DNA from: Sphaerodactylus townsendi
Lineage: Eukaryota
NCBI RefSeq assembly: GCF_021028975.2
Contig: NC_059425.1
Location: forward strand, 27,838,001 to 27,902,000
DNA: 64,000 nucleotides
Reading direction: 5' to 3'
Below, piece by piece: positions 13,282-25,500 of the stretch. A program made the position numbers and the translations under genes. The notes under the pieces are model-generated. The model was not told where the DNA came from and made no database searches. It saw only the letters and a list, made by a program, of their open reading frames with translations. Positions within the stretch are counted from its first letter, which is position 1, and each line of letters starts with the position of its first letter.

Positions 13282-13340
13282 AATGAAATTTTTTTCAAAC
13301 TAAAAGACCAAAAACTAAGCAGTGCCTCTGTGCTTTTTGT
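13282..13340 (+). terminator. Candidate non-canonical polyA region of PPM1G
   Basis: AATGAA (13282) and ACTAAA (13299) followed by GU/U-rich GTGCCTCTGTGCTTTTTGT. I saw no AATAAA until ~15288. Confidence 0.35.
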
Positions 13341-13492
13341 AGGGTCCTTTCGTCAAACTTTCTGCATCTGTCTTACAGGAAAAAGAGTGGAGGGTGGCAG
13401 AGGTTCTTACAACCTATACCTCAGCTCTTAAGCTTCCCAAATGCATGCAGATTGGGAGTTGTACTGCATTTACATGAAAGGAAGATGACCCT

Positions 13493-13792
13493 CCTAGCGT
13501 GGTTTAGTGGTTAAGAACAGGTGGACTCTAATCTGGAGTATCGGGCTTGATTCCCCACCCCCCCTACCTGGGAGTGGACTCTTATCTGGTGAACCACATT
13601 TGTTTCCGCACTCTTACATTTCTGCTAGGTGACCTTGGGCTAGTCACAGTTCTCTCAGAACTCTCTCAACCCCACTTACCTCATAAGGTCTCTGTTGTGG
13701 GGAGAGGAAGGGGAGGAACTCGTAAACTGCTTTGAGACTCTTTGTGGTTGAGAAGAGTGAGGTATAGATCCAAACTTTTCTCTTCCTCTTCT
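13493..13792 (+). mobile_element. Sauria-type SINE
   Basis: Head GTGGTTTAGTGGTTAAG...GACTCTAATCTGG and body GGTGACCTTGGGCTAGTCACAG, shared with 24820 and 54916. Confidence 0.8.
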
Positions 13793-13974
13793 TCCCCAAA
13801 ACATTGTACACAAGTTTTTTTTTTATAATTGCTATACATATGTGTAAGTTGTATGCAAATATAAGATGCCCCCTCTTTTTCTTGATGGCACACCTGGGAG
13901 AAAAATTAAGTATCCTTTTATGTAAATAGAAAACAAGAGTAAGGGGCAATCTTGGAAGATCTTGTTTTCTGAAT

Positions 13975-14660
13975 CTTGTAGTGGTCCATCTCCACCAATT
14001 GTTAGGAACTGTAGAGATCTTCCCAAACACAGAGTGCTGGGAATATAGAGGAGTTCATTTTCCAGTATTTGATAATCCAGATTCTTACCTCAGAGTGTGA
14101 GAGATCACATTGTTTTGATGCTGTAGCTACAAACTATAGGAAAGACTCTTTACAGTTTCCTGGTGACCATCACCACATTTTGTGGTAGGGTATTTTTAAG
14201 GTAACCCCTAAGTAATTGACCCTTTCTTTGGAAGGAAAGTTGTTTCAACTCTGGGATGAGTGTAGTTCCCCCTTCCTAGCTGTGTGATGTCTTTTAAAAA
14301 AATGTGACCAGAGCTATACACAATATTTCAAATACTGCTGCATTATAGATTTATGTGATTCAGGGGGAAGGACATGAGAGCACTTAGCAACCTTTATTTT
14401 TTCCTTTTCCCACTAGTGTCTAATGTGGAATTTGATGTTTTTACTGCTGTTCACTGAAGCATTGTTTTCAGTGAGTTAGCAACCACTCCATTAGATCTCT
14501 TTTCTATTGAACCATCAATCTATAGAACCAAGTGCCCCAGTGTGCACTGTTTCTCACATGAATCTCATTTGCCATTTGGTTGCTGGTTTACCCAAGTTGG
14601 AGGGGGAGTCATAGAGCCATTTGCAGCTTGTCAAGGCTTTTAACATCCGCAATAATGTGG
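13975..14660 (-). mobile_element. Old CR1 LINE fragment
   Basis: Degenerate similarity to the other CR1 RT-region fragments; boundaries approximate. Confidence 0.5.
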
Positions 14661-15005
14661 TCACTAGCACCAGTCTGAGTTTCCTCAATACAAAGCCCTC
14701 TGCTATTGCTGACTGGTTATCACTGACTGCCCTTCCTAAGAGCTGCTAGGTTTCAACTGCGGTACGAAGCTTAGTTTCAGAACTGTGGGAAAAGTCTGGC
14801 CCTGTTCAGTTTGCAGCAAGAAGTCTAGGCTCTGTTACACTCAATTTCAGAGGGGTTTGGAAAACACAACCTCCTAACTCCTTGTTGAACTGTGCTGAAA
14901 CTCAGCATTCGGTCAGAAACATTCTCTGCCTTCTCCCAAGATTTCTGCATCTCACGCTGTCTTTGGAATGCAGTAATATTAATGACAATTCAAGGTCTGA
15001 AAAAG

Positions 15006-15199
15006 TGTATTGTAGAAGGCTGGAATCAACTAGGTTTTTGGGGTTTTCCAGGCTGTGTAGTTTTTGCTCCTTACTACGGTCTGGTAGTTTTTGCTCCTAA
15101 CATTTCACCCTGAAAATTCCAGCCATAGATGCAAGTTAAACATTAGGAGCAAAAACTACCAGACCATGTCCACACAGCCCAGATAACCCACAACACCAG
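15006..15199. mobile_element. Short palindromic Penelope-derived insertion with decayed hammerhead remnant
   Basis: Starts TGTATTGTAGAAGGC; arms TGGTAGTTTTTGCTCCTAA/TTAGGAGCAAAAACTACCA. Confidence 0.7.
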
Positions 15200-16260
15200 A
15201 TCAGAAAACCTTTTTCTTAGCCAAATTCTTCAGGTAAAAAAATGCCTACCTAAGCATGGACTCCGGCTCACTCTCCCTCCATATCATGAATAAACTAATT
15301 AATACCATTCTCAATGTAGTACTTTGGGGGATTCATGGCTTGCTTACCTCCATTGTGACAACCCCCTGCTATTCTTATGTGTTTGTCTTTATTTAACATA
15401 CAAGCCTGCCTTTTTCCTGACTACCTTCTGCTTCCTGTTTCTCAACCAGGGGCGGGCTGAGATCTGGCAATCAAGGAATTCCGTAGTGAACGGGAGTGGT
15501 CAGGACAGCGTGTATGTGAATGTGTACTGCCTGTCACACCCTTAAGAACCAGAGGGCTTTATACATGGTTCTCCCCTTATCCATTTCATCCTCTCAACCA
15601 AGTTGGACTTAATAGGTATTTAAATCAAGGCGTGACAGGCCAAGCACTACACCATTCTGGTTTTTAAGAGTCATTGTCTTTATAACACCAGGCAGAATGT
15701 GGGGCATCAGCAGGGGTGATGCTGAGGTGCTCCAAACAGAAAGCTGGCCAATTAACTCCAGTATCAAAAAGAGGAGCTCTGGGATCTGTGCTAGGCTGTA
15801 GATCCCTGGCATTTACACAGTGACTCATGAAAGGAGTCTTACCCTTTGACTTCTGGCCTTATCAGGTGTGACTAACTCTGTTGCAGGAGTTTGCACTCAC
15901 CAGCCTCTTTCTTCACCTTCTCCATTTTCCCTCCAGTCTCATCCCTTCTTCCAAGGATCATATGTAGGATGTTCCCTCATGTCATTACAATGGTCTACTC
16001 TAGCCCTATCCTGTGGTCACCGCTCCCATCTTTCAGGAAACCCTGCTACTATAGATTTTTTAAGAGAACATGTTGGGATGAAGCCAAGATCTTTTGTGCA
16101 TGCAACAGGTTCTCCAGCATGGCACCCCCAGAGCTTAGAGGGAGTAGTGTTACTCTGCTCTGAGCAAGATCACTTCCTCATTCTCAATAGTGAAAAGCAC
16201 GGGTGGCGACACCACAAAATGGAAATGGAGGGTTGCCAGGGCTCTTCTGTTGGTTGCAGA

Positions 16261-16429
16261 TTTATTGCCTCAAAGCACCAAGTTCTGAGCTGCAGTTGAA
16301 GGCTGGGAAGGGACTAAAGATGCAAGGCATTGTGGGAGGGGCGAAACAGGTTCAGCACGGGCTGCAAACCAGCAATGCATGATCCCAGGTCCTTGGTGTC
16401 CAGTGTGGCTCCACATGAAGTTGCTTTAT
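16261..16429 (-). terminator. PolyA signals of the RNF19-like gene
   Basis: On the minus strand, one AATAAA overlaps the TAA stop (GAA TAA AGC) and a second lies at 16261-16266. Confidence 0.6.
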
Positions 16430-16579
16430 TCTGTCGCGGCTCCTGCCGAGCTGCAGCCCTCGCTGGTGCAGGCGAGAGAGTCTGTGGAGAAGCTGTGGCC
16501 GGATGCTGCGCTGCAGAGGCTGCGCTCCGAGGACGCCTGGGGCTCCACTTCCACCTCCACCTCGAAGTTCAGCCCATCC
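16426..16579 (-). CDS. RNF19-like terminal coding exon 8
   Basis: [20 protein letters not shown]...AATE-TAA; resembles the start of the last RNF19A exon (EGNSMEVQVDIE). Confidence 0.8.
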
Positions 16580-19500
16580 CTGAGCAGGATAGAGAGCAAG
16601 AGTGGGTGGAGCGCCCACCTGTGGCTACAACGGGGTGCATACAATCTGAATTCAGAATCAACAGGTTGCCTTCTGCTCCAGGTAGGACCTCGTTGGCTTG
16701 TGGGGAGGTGGAATTTGCAGCACTGACTACAGGGGCCCTCCTCCCACCAAGCCTGCTTTGAAATCAGAAGGTACTATAGTACCCACCAAGTTCAATGGGA
16801 GGCCTCTAGTCCTGTACTGTGCAACATCTCCCCTTCTCCACTACCTCTGGCCATGCACTGCTTCCCACTACCTCTGGCCATGCACTGCTCCATCACATAG
16901 TTTTTGCCTGATGCTTTCTCTGCCCCTCCTCAGCACACTGACCTGTAAGAAGCTTCTTGGCCTTCGCTTAGCATGCTGCCAGCCAGGGCTATGGTACTTG
17001 CTGACTGGCTGTCTTGCTGCTTTCGTCGGGGCCCTTCATGTTGGCCATGGCCAGTGCTAGGTAATGAGGTAGCCGCCATCGCAGCAGGCAACACCCCAGC
17101 TTCAGCCACCATGTGAGTGGGCAACACAGACAGCAGCTCATTCACTGGAACAGGCAGAGAGAGAAAGAACAAGAGGTGAAGAACTGCACATATGCAGCAC
17201 TGAAAAGTGGATTCGTGCATCTGGGTCATCTTTGCAATGAGAAGGACCTGAGGACAATTATGGTGCTGAGCGTCAGAGAAGGGCTGTGGCTCAGCGATAA
17301 AGGCTCTGCTTTGCATACAGAAGGTCCCAAGTTCAATCCCCGGCACCTCCAGTTTAAAGGATCAAGCTGTATGTGCTGTGAACGACCTGTACTTGAAATA
17401 TTGGACAGCTGCCACCAGTAAAGAGTCGACAGCACTGACCAAGATAGACCACCTTCTATGTCAGCCGCAGGCAGCTTCATATTTTCATCCCTTGAGCTCC
17501 CAACCCAAGATACAAAACCATCAGCATATGAATTACCCAAATGTGGCCTTCTAAACAGGATGCATCTTAAAGACAAGGAGAGGGGACAGGGAGAGCAACA
17601 CTAACCTTTATAGTATTCCTTCTCAGAACACAATAGGTTGGCCCCTATGGGTGTGTCCCAAATGGGACACCCGCCCACCCCAGGCAGGCAAAAAACCCAC
17701 CAAGTGCAGGGATAGCTGCAGTAAGAAGGGATAATTTGGTGATCTTGCTATTAGGGGAAGAGTGTTTCAGGACATAACAGCCAAGTAAGAACTCCACTGG
17801 TAAAAGAACAAGGTGGAAGAAGTTCCCCTGAATTCCGTCTCATCACTGAAGACCTCTGTTTGATTACGTTGCTCTGGGAAGTGGGAGGTGAGGAGTGACC
17901 TGCCACCAGGAGTGGTGCCTTCTGCTTATGCAACCTAGAGCAGATGGATGGGGTGTAGTGGCCTGACCCACTGGGTTCAAATCTCCACTCTGTCATGGAA
18001 GCTCATCAAGCGATTTGGGCCAGTTTCTCTGTCTCTCAGCCTAACCTGCCTCAGAAGTTTGTTTTTATGAGCATGAGGGGAGGGGCAATAATGTGATAAG
18101 TTGGTCTGAGACCTCACTGGTGGACAAAAAAGCTATACTTTAAAACAAAGGATCCAATCCATTGTAATTCTGAAGATTAGGATCATAGGATAAGTGGGCA
18201 TGCGTACCAAGAAAGAGGAATAACTAATTCCCTCTGAATTTTAATCAGAGGGAAAGGAATATGTAACTTTGTAGAGCTGAAGGACTGCTTTGATTTGACT
18301 GTTTTCTCCTTGGATGAGGCAATCTGCATTTTTAGTTGGACATAGGTAAGGGGGGTGGGGGGGTTCCTCAGGTTCAAACCTCTCTTATTACATGTCCAGC
18401 TTGCTAGAAACAATGCATGGAATGAAACAGCTAGAAAGCCCTCAGTCACCAAACCCATCCCATAAAAAATCTATACATACGTCACTGGTTGAGGATTGGT
18501 TAGTTAGGGGATTATTCAGAGCCTACAGATGGTTGGTTTTGCCTGAAATTTTAATAAATCCCTCTGAATGTGTATCTATTCAGTGGGTGAAGACTTCCTC
18601 CCCAGGGAAAATGACAGCAAGGTGCTTTTGAGAAGAACGTCCTGAGAAAGGAAAAGGAATGGTGGGATCACGTCTCAGCCAATATGACACCAAGGAACAG
18701 CTTTTGCACAAGTAACATTAGTTGGAAAAATACTATATCTGAGGACAAATGGCAATGAAAAAGGAATAGTTGGAGCATAAACAGTGTCTTTCCTCACATG
18801 GGAGGGAAGCAGATAAGGAGGAGGTTGAGAAGCTTGGATTTACGCCCTGACTTCTTTCCCATAAGGAGACTCAAGGCGGCTTACAAACTCATTTCCCTTC
18901 CTCTTCCCACAACAGAGACCTTGTGAGGTAGGCACTGGCATAATGCCCATTGGGCAAGGTGGGCAGCTGCCCAGGGCATCACCTTGTGGGGGTTCGTTTT
19001 TGGGTATTTTAGTGGTTTTCCATTTTTGGCCTGCAGGGGGCGCAGTTTTTAGGCTAGCGCAGGGGTAGGGAACCTGCGGCTCGAGAGCCGCATGCGGCTC
19101 TTCTGCCCTTGCACTGCGGCTCCACGAGCCAAGCTGCCGGCTTCATCCTTGCCTGCCCTGCAGGCAGCAGGGCGGGCACACCAATTGCCCACGGACGGCC
19201 GCGCTGTGCTGCGGGCTTCCCCTCTCGCCCACCCTGTTTGAGCGGGGCGGGCGTTTTCCCAGCAGCCAGCAAGGCCAAGCCGCTGGCTCCATCCTTGCCC
19301 GCCCTGCAGGCAGCAGGGCGGGCGCATCCATGCGCTTCTCAGAATGAGTGGAGTAAAAGGTAAAAAAACTCAAAATATACAGTGTTATCTTTATTTTAAA
19401 TGTCAAAAATTATTTGCGGCTCCAAGTGTTTTCTTTTCCCGTGGAAAACGGGTCCAAATGGCTCTTTGAGTGTTAAAGGTTCCCTACGCCTGGGCTAGCG

Positions 19501-22500
19501 GCACCAAAATTTCGGCGTATCATCAGGACACTGTCCTTATTCTACCCCCCAAGTTTGGTGAGGTTTGGTTCAGGGAGTCCAACGTTATGGACTCCCAAAG
19601 GGGGTGCCCCTATCCCCCATTGTTTCCAATGGGAGCTAATAGGAGATGGGGGCTACAGTTTTGAGGGTCCAGAACTTTGGCCCCCCTGAACCAAACTGCA
19701 CCAAACCTGGGGGGTATCATTAGGGCAGTCTCCTGATGAGACCCTGAAAGTTTTGAAACTGTGCCTTCAGAAATGTGCCCCCCCCCCCCCAAAGCCCGCA
19801 ACCCGCATTGACAGCAATACAGAAAACTCAATGCAGAACAAAGATTCTTGGGCAAATTTCTAGGATGTTCCTGTAGGGGGTGCATTTTTGGATGTATCGG
19901 CACCAAAATTTCAGAGTATCATCTGGAGATGATGGCACCCCCCCAAGTTTGGTGCAGTTTGGTTCAGGGGGTCCAAAGTTATGGACCCTCAAAAGGGTAG
20001 CCCCCATCTCCTTAGCAAAGAATGGGGGATGGGGCACCCCTTTTGAGGGTCCATAACTTTGGACCCCCTAAACCAAACTGCATCAAACTTTGGGGGTTCC
20101 ATAAGGACAGTTTCCAGATGATACCCTGAAATTTTGGTGCCGATACATTAAAAAATGCACCCCCTGCAGGAACATCCCAGAAATTTGCCCAAGAATCTTT
20201 GTTCTGCGTTGAATTTTCTGCATTGCTGTCCATGGGGGTGGCAGGCTGGGGGGGGGCATTTATGAAGGCACAGTCGCAAAACTTTCAGGGTCTCATCAGG
20301 AGACTGCCCTAATGATACCCCCCAAGTTTGGTGCAGTTTGGTTCTGGGGGTCCAAAGTTCTGGACCCTCAAACAATGGGGGATGGGGCACCCCCTTTGGG
20401 AGTCCATAATTTTGGACTCCTTGAACCAAACCAAACCTTTGGGAGTAGCATAAGGACAGTCTCCTGATGATATGCTGAAATTTTGGTGCTGATATGTCTA
20501 AAAATGCACCCCCTGCAGGCACCAATGTCCTGGTGCAAAAAAAATTGGTCGTGGTGGAGTGGCCGCCCATGGGGGCGGGGGGGGGGGGGCATCCAACTCA
20601 GGTTTTTCCCAGGGCTACAGTTTGCCCAGGGCTGCCTCATTACGCCCCTGGAGGTAGGGGAGGCTGAAAGAGTTCTGAGAGAACTGGGACTAGCCCAAGG
20701 TCACCCAGCAGGAATGTAGGAGTGCGGAAACACATCTGGTTCACCAGATAAGCCTCTGCCACTCATGTGGAGGAGTGGGGAATCAAACCTCCGGATTAGA
20801 GTCCACCTGCTCTTAACCACTATACCACGCTGGCTCTCAGGAAACTGGGAAACAATGAGGTGTATCCAACCAACTTTCCCACTTGTGCAAAAAAAAAGAA
20901 GGATCCTCTTTGATCACCTAAAAACATGATGAGGGTTATATACGGAAAAGCCACGAGGGACAGGAACTCTAGTGAGGATGGGAACTGGACAAGACTGAGA
21001 GGTTGGATCCATCTCGCTAACTGTAGAAAGAAAATAAAAGGCAGGACTTCCAAGCTGCAGTGTCAAGCCAGAAGAAAGATTGAGGAAAATCAGTTTGAAG
21101 TTGTAAGGGGTTCCTGGACATTTTCAAAAAAGAAACTGATTATTGTACATACAAGAACTGATGAGACGGCTGGCTAGATCAGAGCTGCCCAGCTAGAATT
21201 GAGTTGTATGTCTTCAGACTTTGCACACCAGTCGACCAACAGATACGTAAGTGATTTTTTCAAAGCATGCAAGCAAAAAGGGGCTCTTATTCATAGGGTT
21301 GTCTCCCTGTTGAGCAGGCTTATGGACATCATTGTAAAGGGAATGGTCTAAAGGTGACATCATAATCAGCATGACACTAATTTCAGTTCCACCTGAGAGT
21401 GTTACTGGATTCTATTATTCAGTTTCTCTACCAATGCCAGAAAAGTCTCATCAAACTAGCAGGGGAAAGACTTACATTCTTCTACCAGGCAGGGGACAAA
21501 ACTCCCTTTTTGCTTTGTCCACTACCACAGATTTCATTAGTAGAAGAGGAAAATTCTGCCCCTTTTTCCCTCTGCAATGTACTGATCCTTGGAGCTTTTT
21601 GTCCACATGGGTTCTGCAATCCTGGGAATCAATTGTCCTAAGTAGGAATGGACTGTCATGGGAGAGACCTGCAGAACACTGGATCCAACCCATGTCTCCA
21701 TGCTGGCAGAAAATCCCACCATTAGCAGAACAGAACAGCAGATTCTAACCTATTGTAAAGATCACATCCACAGAACTGAACTCACCTGAGTGACCAAACG
21801 TCTCCTATTTTGTGCTAATGTAGAGGACGTCTCCTATTTTATGCTAATGTAGAGGACGTCTCCTATTTTGTGCTAATGTAGAGTGCTAATGTAGAGGCTA
21901 CCAATCTTGATCCTCTTTGATCTGAGATTGCAAATGCCTTAACAGACCAGGTGCTTGGGAGCAGCAGCCGCAGAAGGCCATTGCTTTCACATCCTGCATG
22001 TGAGCTCCCAAAGGCACCTGGTGGGCCACTGCGAGTAGCAGAGAGCTGGACTAGATGGACTCTGGTCTGATCCAGCTGGCTTGTTCTTATGTTCTTATGA
22101 TGCCCCCTTGGCAAGACCATTAAGATTGGGTCGTCTATTCTTTTATTGCTCACTGACATTTTGCATAGTCTGATCTGCTATGTTCCGGATATGAAACCTT
22201 GGAAAACCAATTCATTTGATGAGCTGACAAAACATTGGAGAGTCCAATAGAGGCTGACTTTCATCAGTGCAGAAAAGGTCTTCAGTGGCTTTTGCTATTC
22301 GTGTGAAGAGATGCAGTTTTGAGCTGCCCGCAAAACTGAAAATCAGCACGGCTCTGTAGAAACCAACAAGTAAAGCTTGATGAATGGACATCTGATAGGT
22401 TCGGTTTCAACATGGAGAGGATTTGCTAAGGTTGGAGCTGGTTCCTTCTCTGCCCACTACCAGGCATTTGCGCTTTCCTTCTATCCCACCCACCTGTATG

Positions 22501-25500
22501 ACTCCCCCCTGCTTGTGTATGTGTGTCCTTCCCTTGTCTGCTCACAAACATTCCCACTGCCCATATTCACTGCCAAGCTGCCTGCAGCCCTTTCCCTGGT
22601 GGCACTGGGCAGTGCATGCAGCAGAGAACCATGGATAGTGAACCACGAGCAAGTGAGTAGGGAGGGGATGCTGGCAGTGGTGGGTCCTGCCACAAACCTC
22701 GGGCCACGCCAGCTACCCATTTCAAGCATGCTGACACCAACCCTGGTCAAGATTGTCCCCTTTCACCCATGTCTGTGCAAACCTCTTCGAGTCCCAGCGA
22801 GAGAGGGAGATTATAAATAACTTAAGTAAATAATAAAGAAATAAAAATAAAGTTATTCTGCACCTCACACCAAAGTTGGAACCAATTGTTTCATTCAAGG
22901 TAGGCTAGCAGGTGACAAGAGAGACTGTGACAGGCCAAGGCTGGTGTAGTCACCAATTCATCCCCCAGAGAGCTCGGATTCCCCTTCTCACCCTGCTTGA
23001 AGGGCTCCAACAACTCACGTACATTTGGCAAGGTTCTCCAGTTCTACGGTGCTGAGCTCCCCGCCTTTTCTTCGGGTGCCACCGCACCCCCAGCGGTTCC
23101 GGCAAAGAGAGAGCGCCACCACGCCATACACGTAGGTGAGCATCAGCGGCACCCCAACCCCTGCAAGCAGAGAGCCTGATGTGAGAACCATCTATTCCCA
23201 CAGACTGTGCAAGTCAGGCTAGTAGACAGAGCATTGCCAAAAGGGCCGTCTGGTCCTCCTTTGCCCTTCAATGACAATGCAACAGATGCCTCCATGAATC
23301 TAGTACCCTCTTCCAAACACAGCTTCCTTTTGGCTCTTACCAACAGTGACTGCTGTGATTACAGGTGACACAAAAAGGGACAGAAGAATACTGCTGGACA
23401 CAGACAGACACTGCTGGCAGATGGACAGTTTGCTCTTGCGTCCATGGCTCAGGACCTGGAAGGAGTGAAGTGAAGATTTATTTATTTATTTATTATTAAT
23501 TTTATATACCCCCCTCCCCCTGAGGGCTCAGGGCGGTTCACAACAAGGTTAAAACATACATTAAAACATAATTTAAATATTAATTACACAAAAACAGAAC
23601 CCATTTAAAAATGTGGATGGCGTCTGGCTACCCCCTCCCCCCTATTGAGGCTGGGAAAAGCAGTACTAAGTCGAGAGAACCTCCTAAATCACAGGTGTCA
23701 AACTCACAGCCCTCCAGATGCTGGCAGGGGATGATGGGAACTGTAGTCCATAACATCTGGAGGGCCGCGAGTTTGACACCTATGCCCTAAATAGTTCCTC
23801 CACCACCATGCCTCCGAGAGCATTACGGTGATGAATTTTAGAAGCTCCTGCTGGGGGAAAGGGGAACAAAATGCCTCACCTTCTTTCCCATGTAGATGGG
23901 TATCCCTAGGGTGATGACTGGCACGGCAATGCCCGCAACGATCGAGATCACCATTGGTGCTCCCAGCACCATGCCTAGTTGCCAAAGGAGCTTGCGTGTC
24001 CGGGACCAGGGCTTCTTCCCCCAAAAGGTGCATCCAGAAGGACTGAGGAGAAGACAGTTGGGGTCAGTAGCGGAAGTGAGGATGGCAAGAAGGCACTGGA
24101 GGTCTTACTGAGAACTGGCTAGTGCCAGTTTCCCAGGCTGCGTGGCCATGGTCTGGTACACAGTCCGGAAAACCCATGACAGCCAGTTGATTCTAGCTGT
24201 GAAAGCCTTTGACAATACATCTTACTGAGAACCCTGAGGCTTTGAAGAAGTCACCAGGCTTGACTGTGCACACTTCATGACAGGGCCTGTTCTAAGTTTT
24301 AAGAGACCCTGTTCAGGGAATGTTTTCTCTCTGCCCACTCCCAATATCCCCACTCACACCTCCCTTCCTGCCCTCCTCCCCACATACCTCCCATCTGCTT
24401 CCAATCCTTTCCACCATCTACATTCACAGCCACCTACATGCCCTTTCCTCCATGGCACTGGGCAGGGTGCACGGTTGGGAGTAAGCTGCTGTGACTATCC
24501 GGAGTACTATCAGCACCACCTGCACACACTTCCCTGCTGGAATTGGGCAATCAAGAGCCACGGGAGCTGGAATGTTTGCAAGAAAGTGGGTGAGAGAATG
24601 GGGCACAGGGAGGTTTGTTGGTGGAGGTCGGTGGCAATGGGCCCTGGCAGATGCCCCACCTCAGGGTAGGCTGATGCCAGCCTTGATTTATAAGCTATTT
24701 CTGGTAGTCATAAGGGTTAAAACCTTGGGGTTCTTAGGGGTCAGATTAGCCCCATGAGAGAATTGGGATCTGATCTCAGCAACTGTCAGACATACAGGTG
24801 CATGTGATCTCAGTCCCAGGAGCCAGCGTGATGTAGTGGTTAAGAGCAGGTGGATTCTAATCTGGAGTACCAGGTTTGATTCCCCACTCTTCCACCTGAG
24901 TGGCAGAGGCTTATCTGGTGAACCAGATGTGTTTCTGCACTCCGACATTCCTGCTGGGTGACCTTGGGCTAGTCCCAGTTCCTGGGAACTCTCTCAGCTG
25001 CACCCACCTCACAAGGTGTCTGTTGTGAGGAGAGGAAGGGAAAGGAGCTTGTAAGCCACCTTGAGTCTCCTTACAGGAGAGAAAGCTGGGATATAAATCC
25101 AAACTCTCCTCCTCCTATCAGAGCCATGGAGGAAGAGGGTGTCTATGTTTTTCTACAGCAGCATAATTTTGTCTTTGAAAACTGCTAACCCACCTCCCAT
25201 ACACAAACATGCTCAAGCTTTGGGAGGAAAAAATATAGAAACATTACGGATAAATTTTTTTTTTTGGCCTTTCAGGGCTCAAAACAGCATGGGGAAGGTG
25301 GTTTTGATAAGCCAAACCATGCAGAACTGGGAGGAATAAACTGTTTTGCCTCCACCAGTGGTTTGAACTGGGCTGCATGTCCCCAGCATTTACTTCTAAA
25401 AAACTGGGTGATCTGTGGCTTCCAGAGTGTTTAATCAGACCCTTACCTTGTGTGGTCAAATTCTACTCTTCTCTATGCTTGTATAGAGTCTCAGACCCAA

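Larger units (their letters stand above)
18830..20838 (-). mobile_element. Sauria-type SINE split by a hAT insertion (halves 18830-18932 and 20651-20838)
   Basis: The two halves join into the reverse complement of the 24820-25116 SINE. Confidence 0.8.

Noticed and set aside
17278-17350. tRNA-like sequences here and at ~9783, 31321, 57264 and 62172
   Set aside because: They are SINE heads followed by a shared body, and they cannot form a full cloverleaf.
19725-19770. CTGATGAG...GAAAC hammerhead-like string inside the hAT element
   Set aside because: No convincing stem II, and no stem I or III closing an NUH site.
21798-21896. CRISPR-like 29-bp repeats
   Set aside because: The units are contiguous with no spacers, and the context is eukaryotic.
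24277-24757. ORFs in RNF19-like intron 3 as an extra exon
   Set aside because: The flanking exons already join in phase ([11 protein letters not shown]) as in RNF19A/B, and there is no homology.
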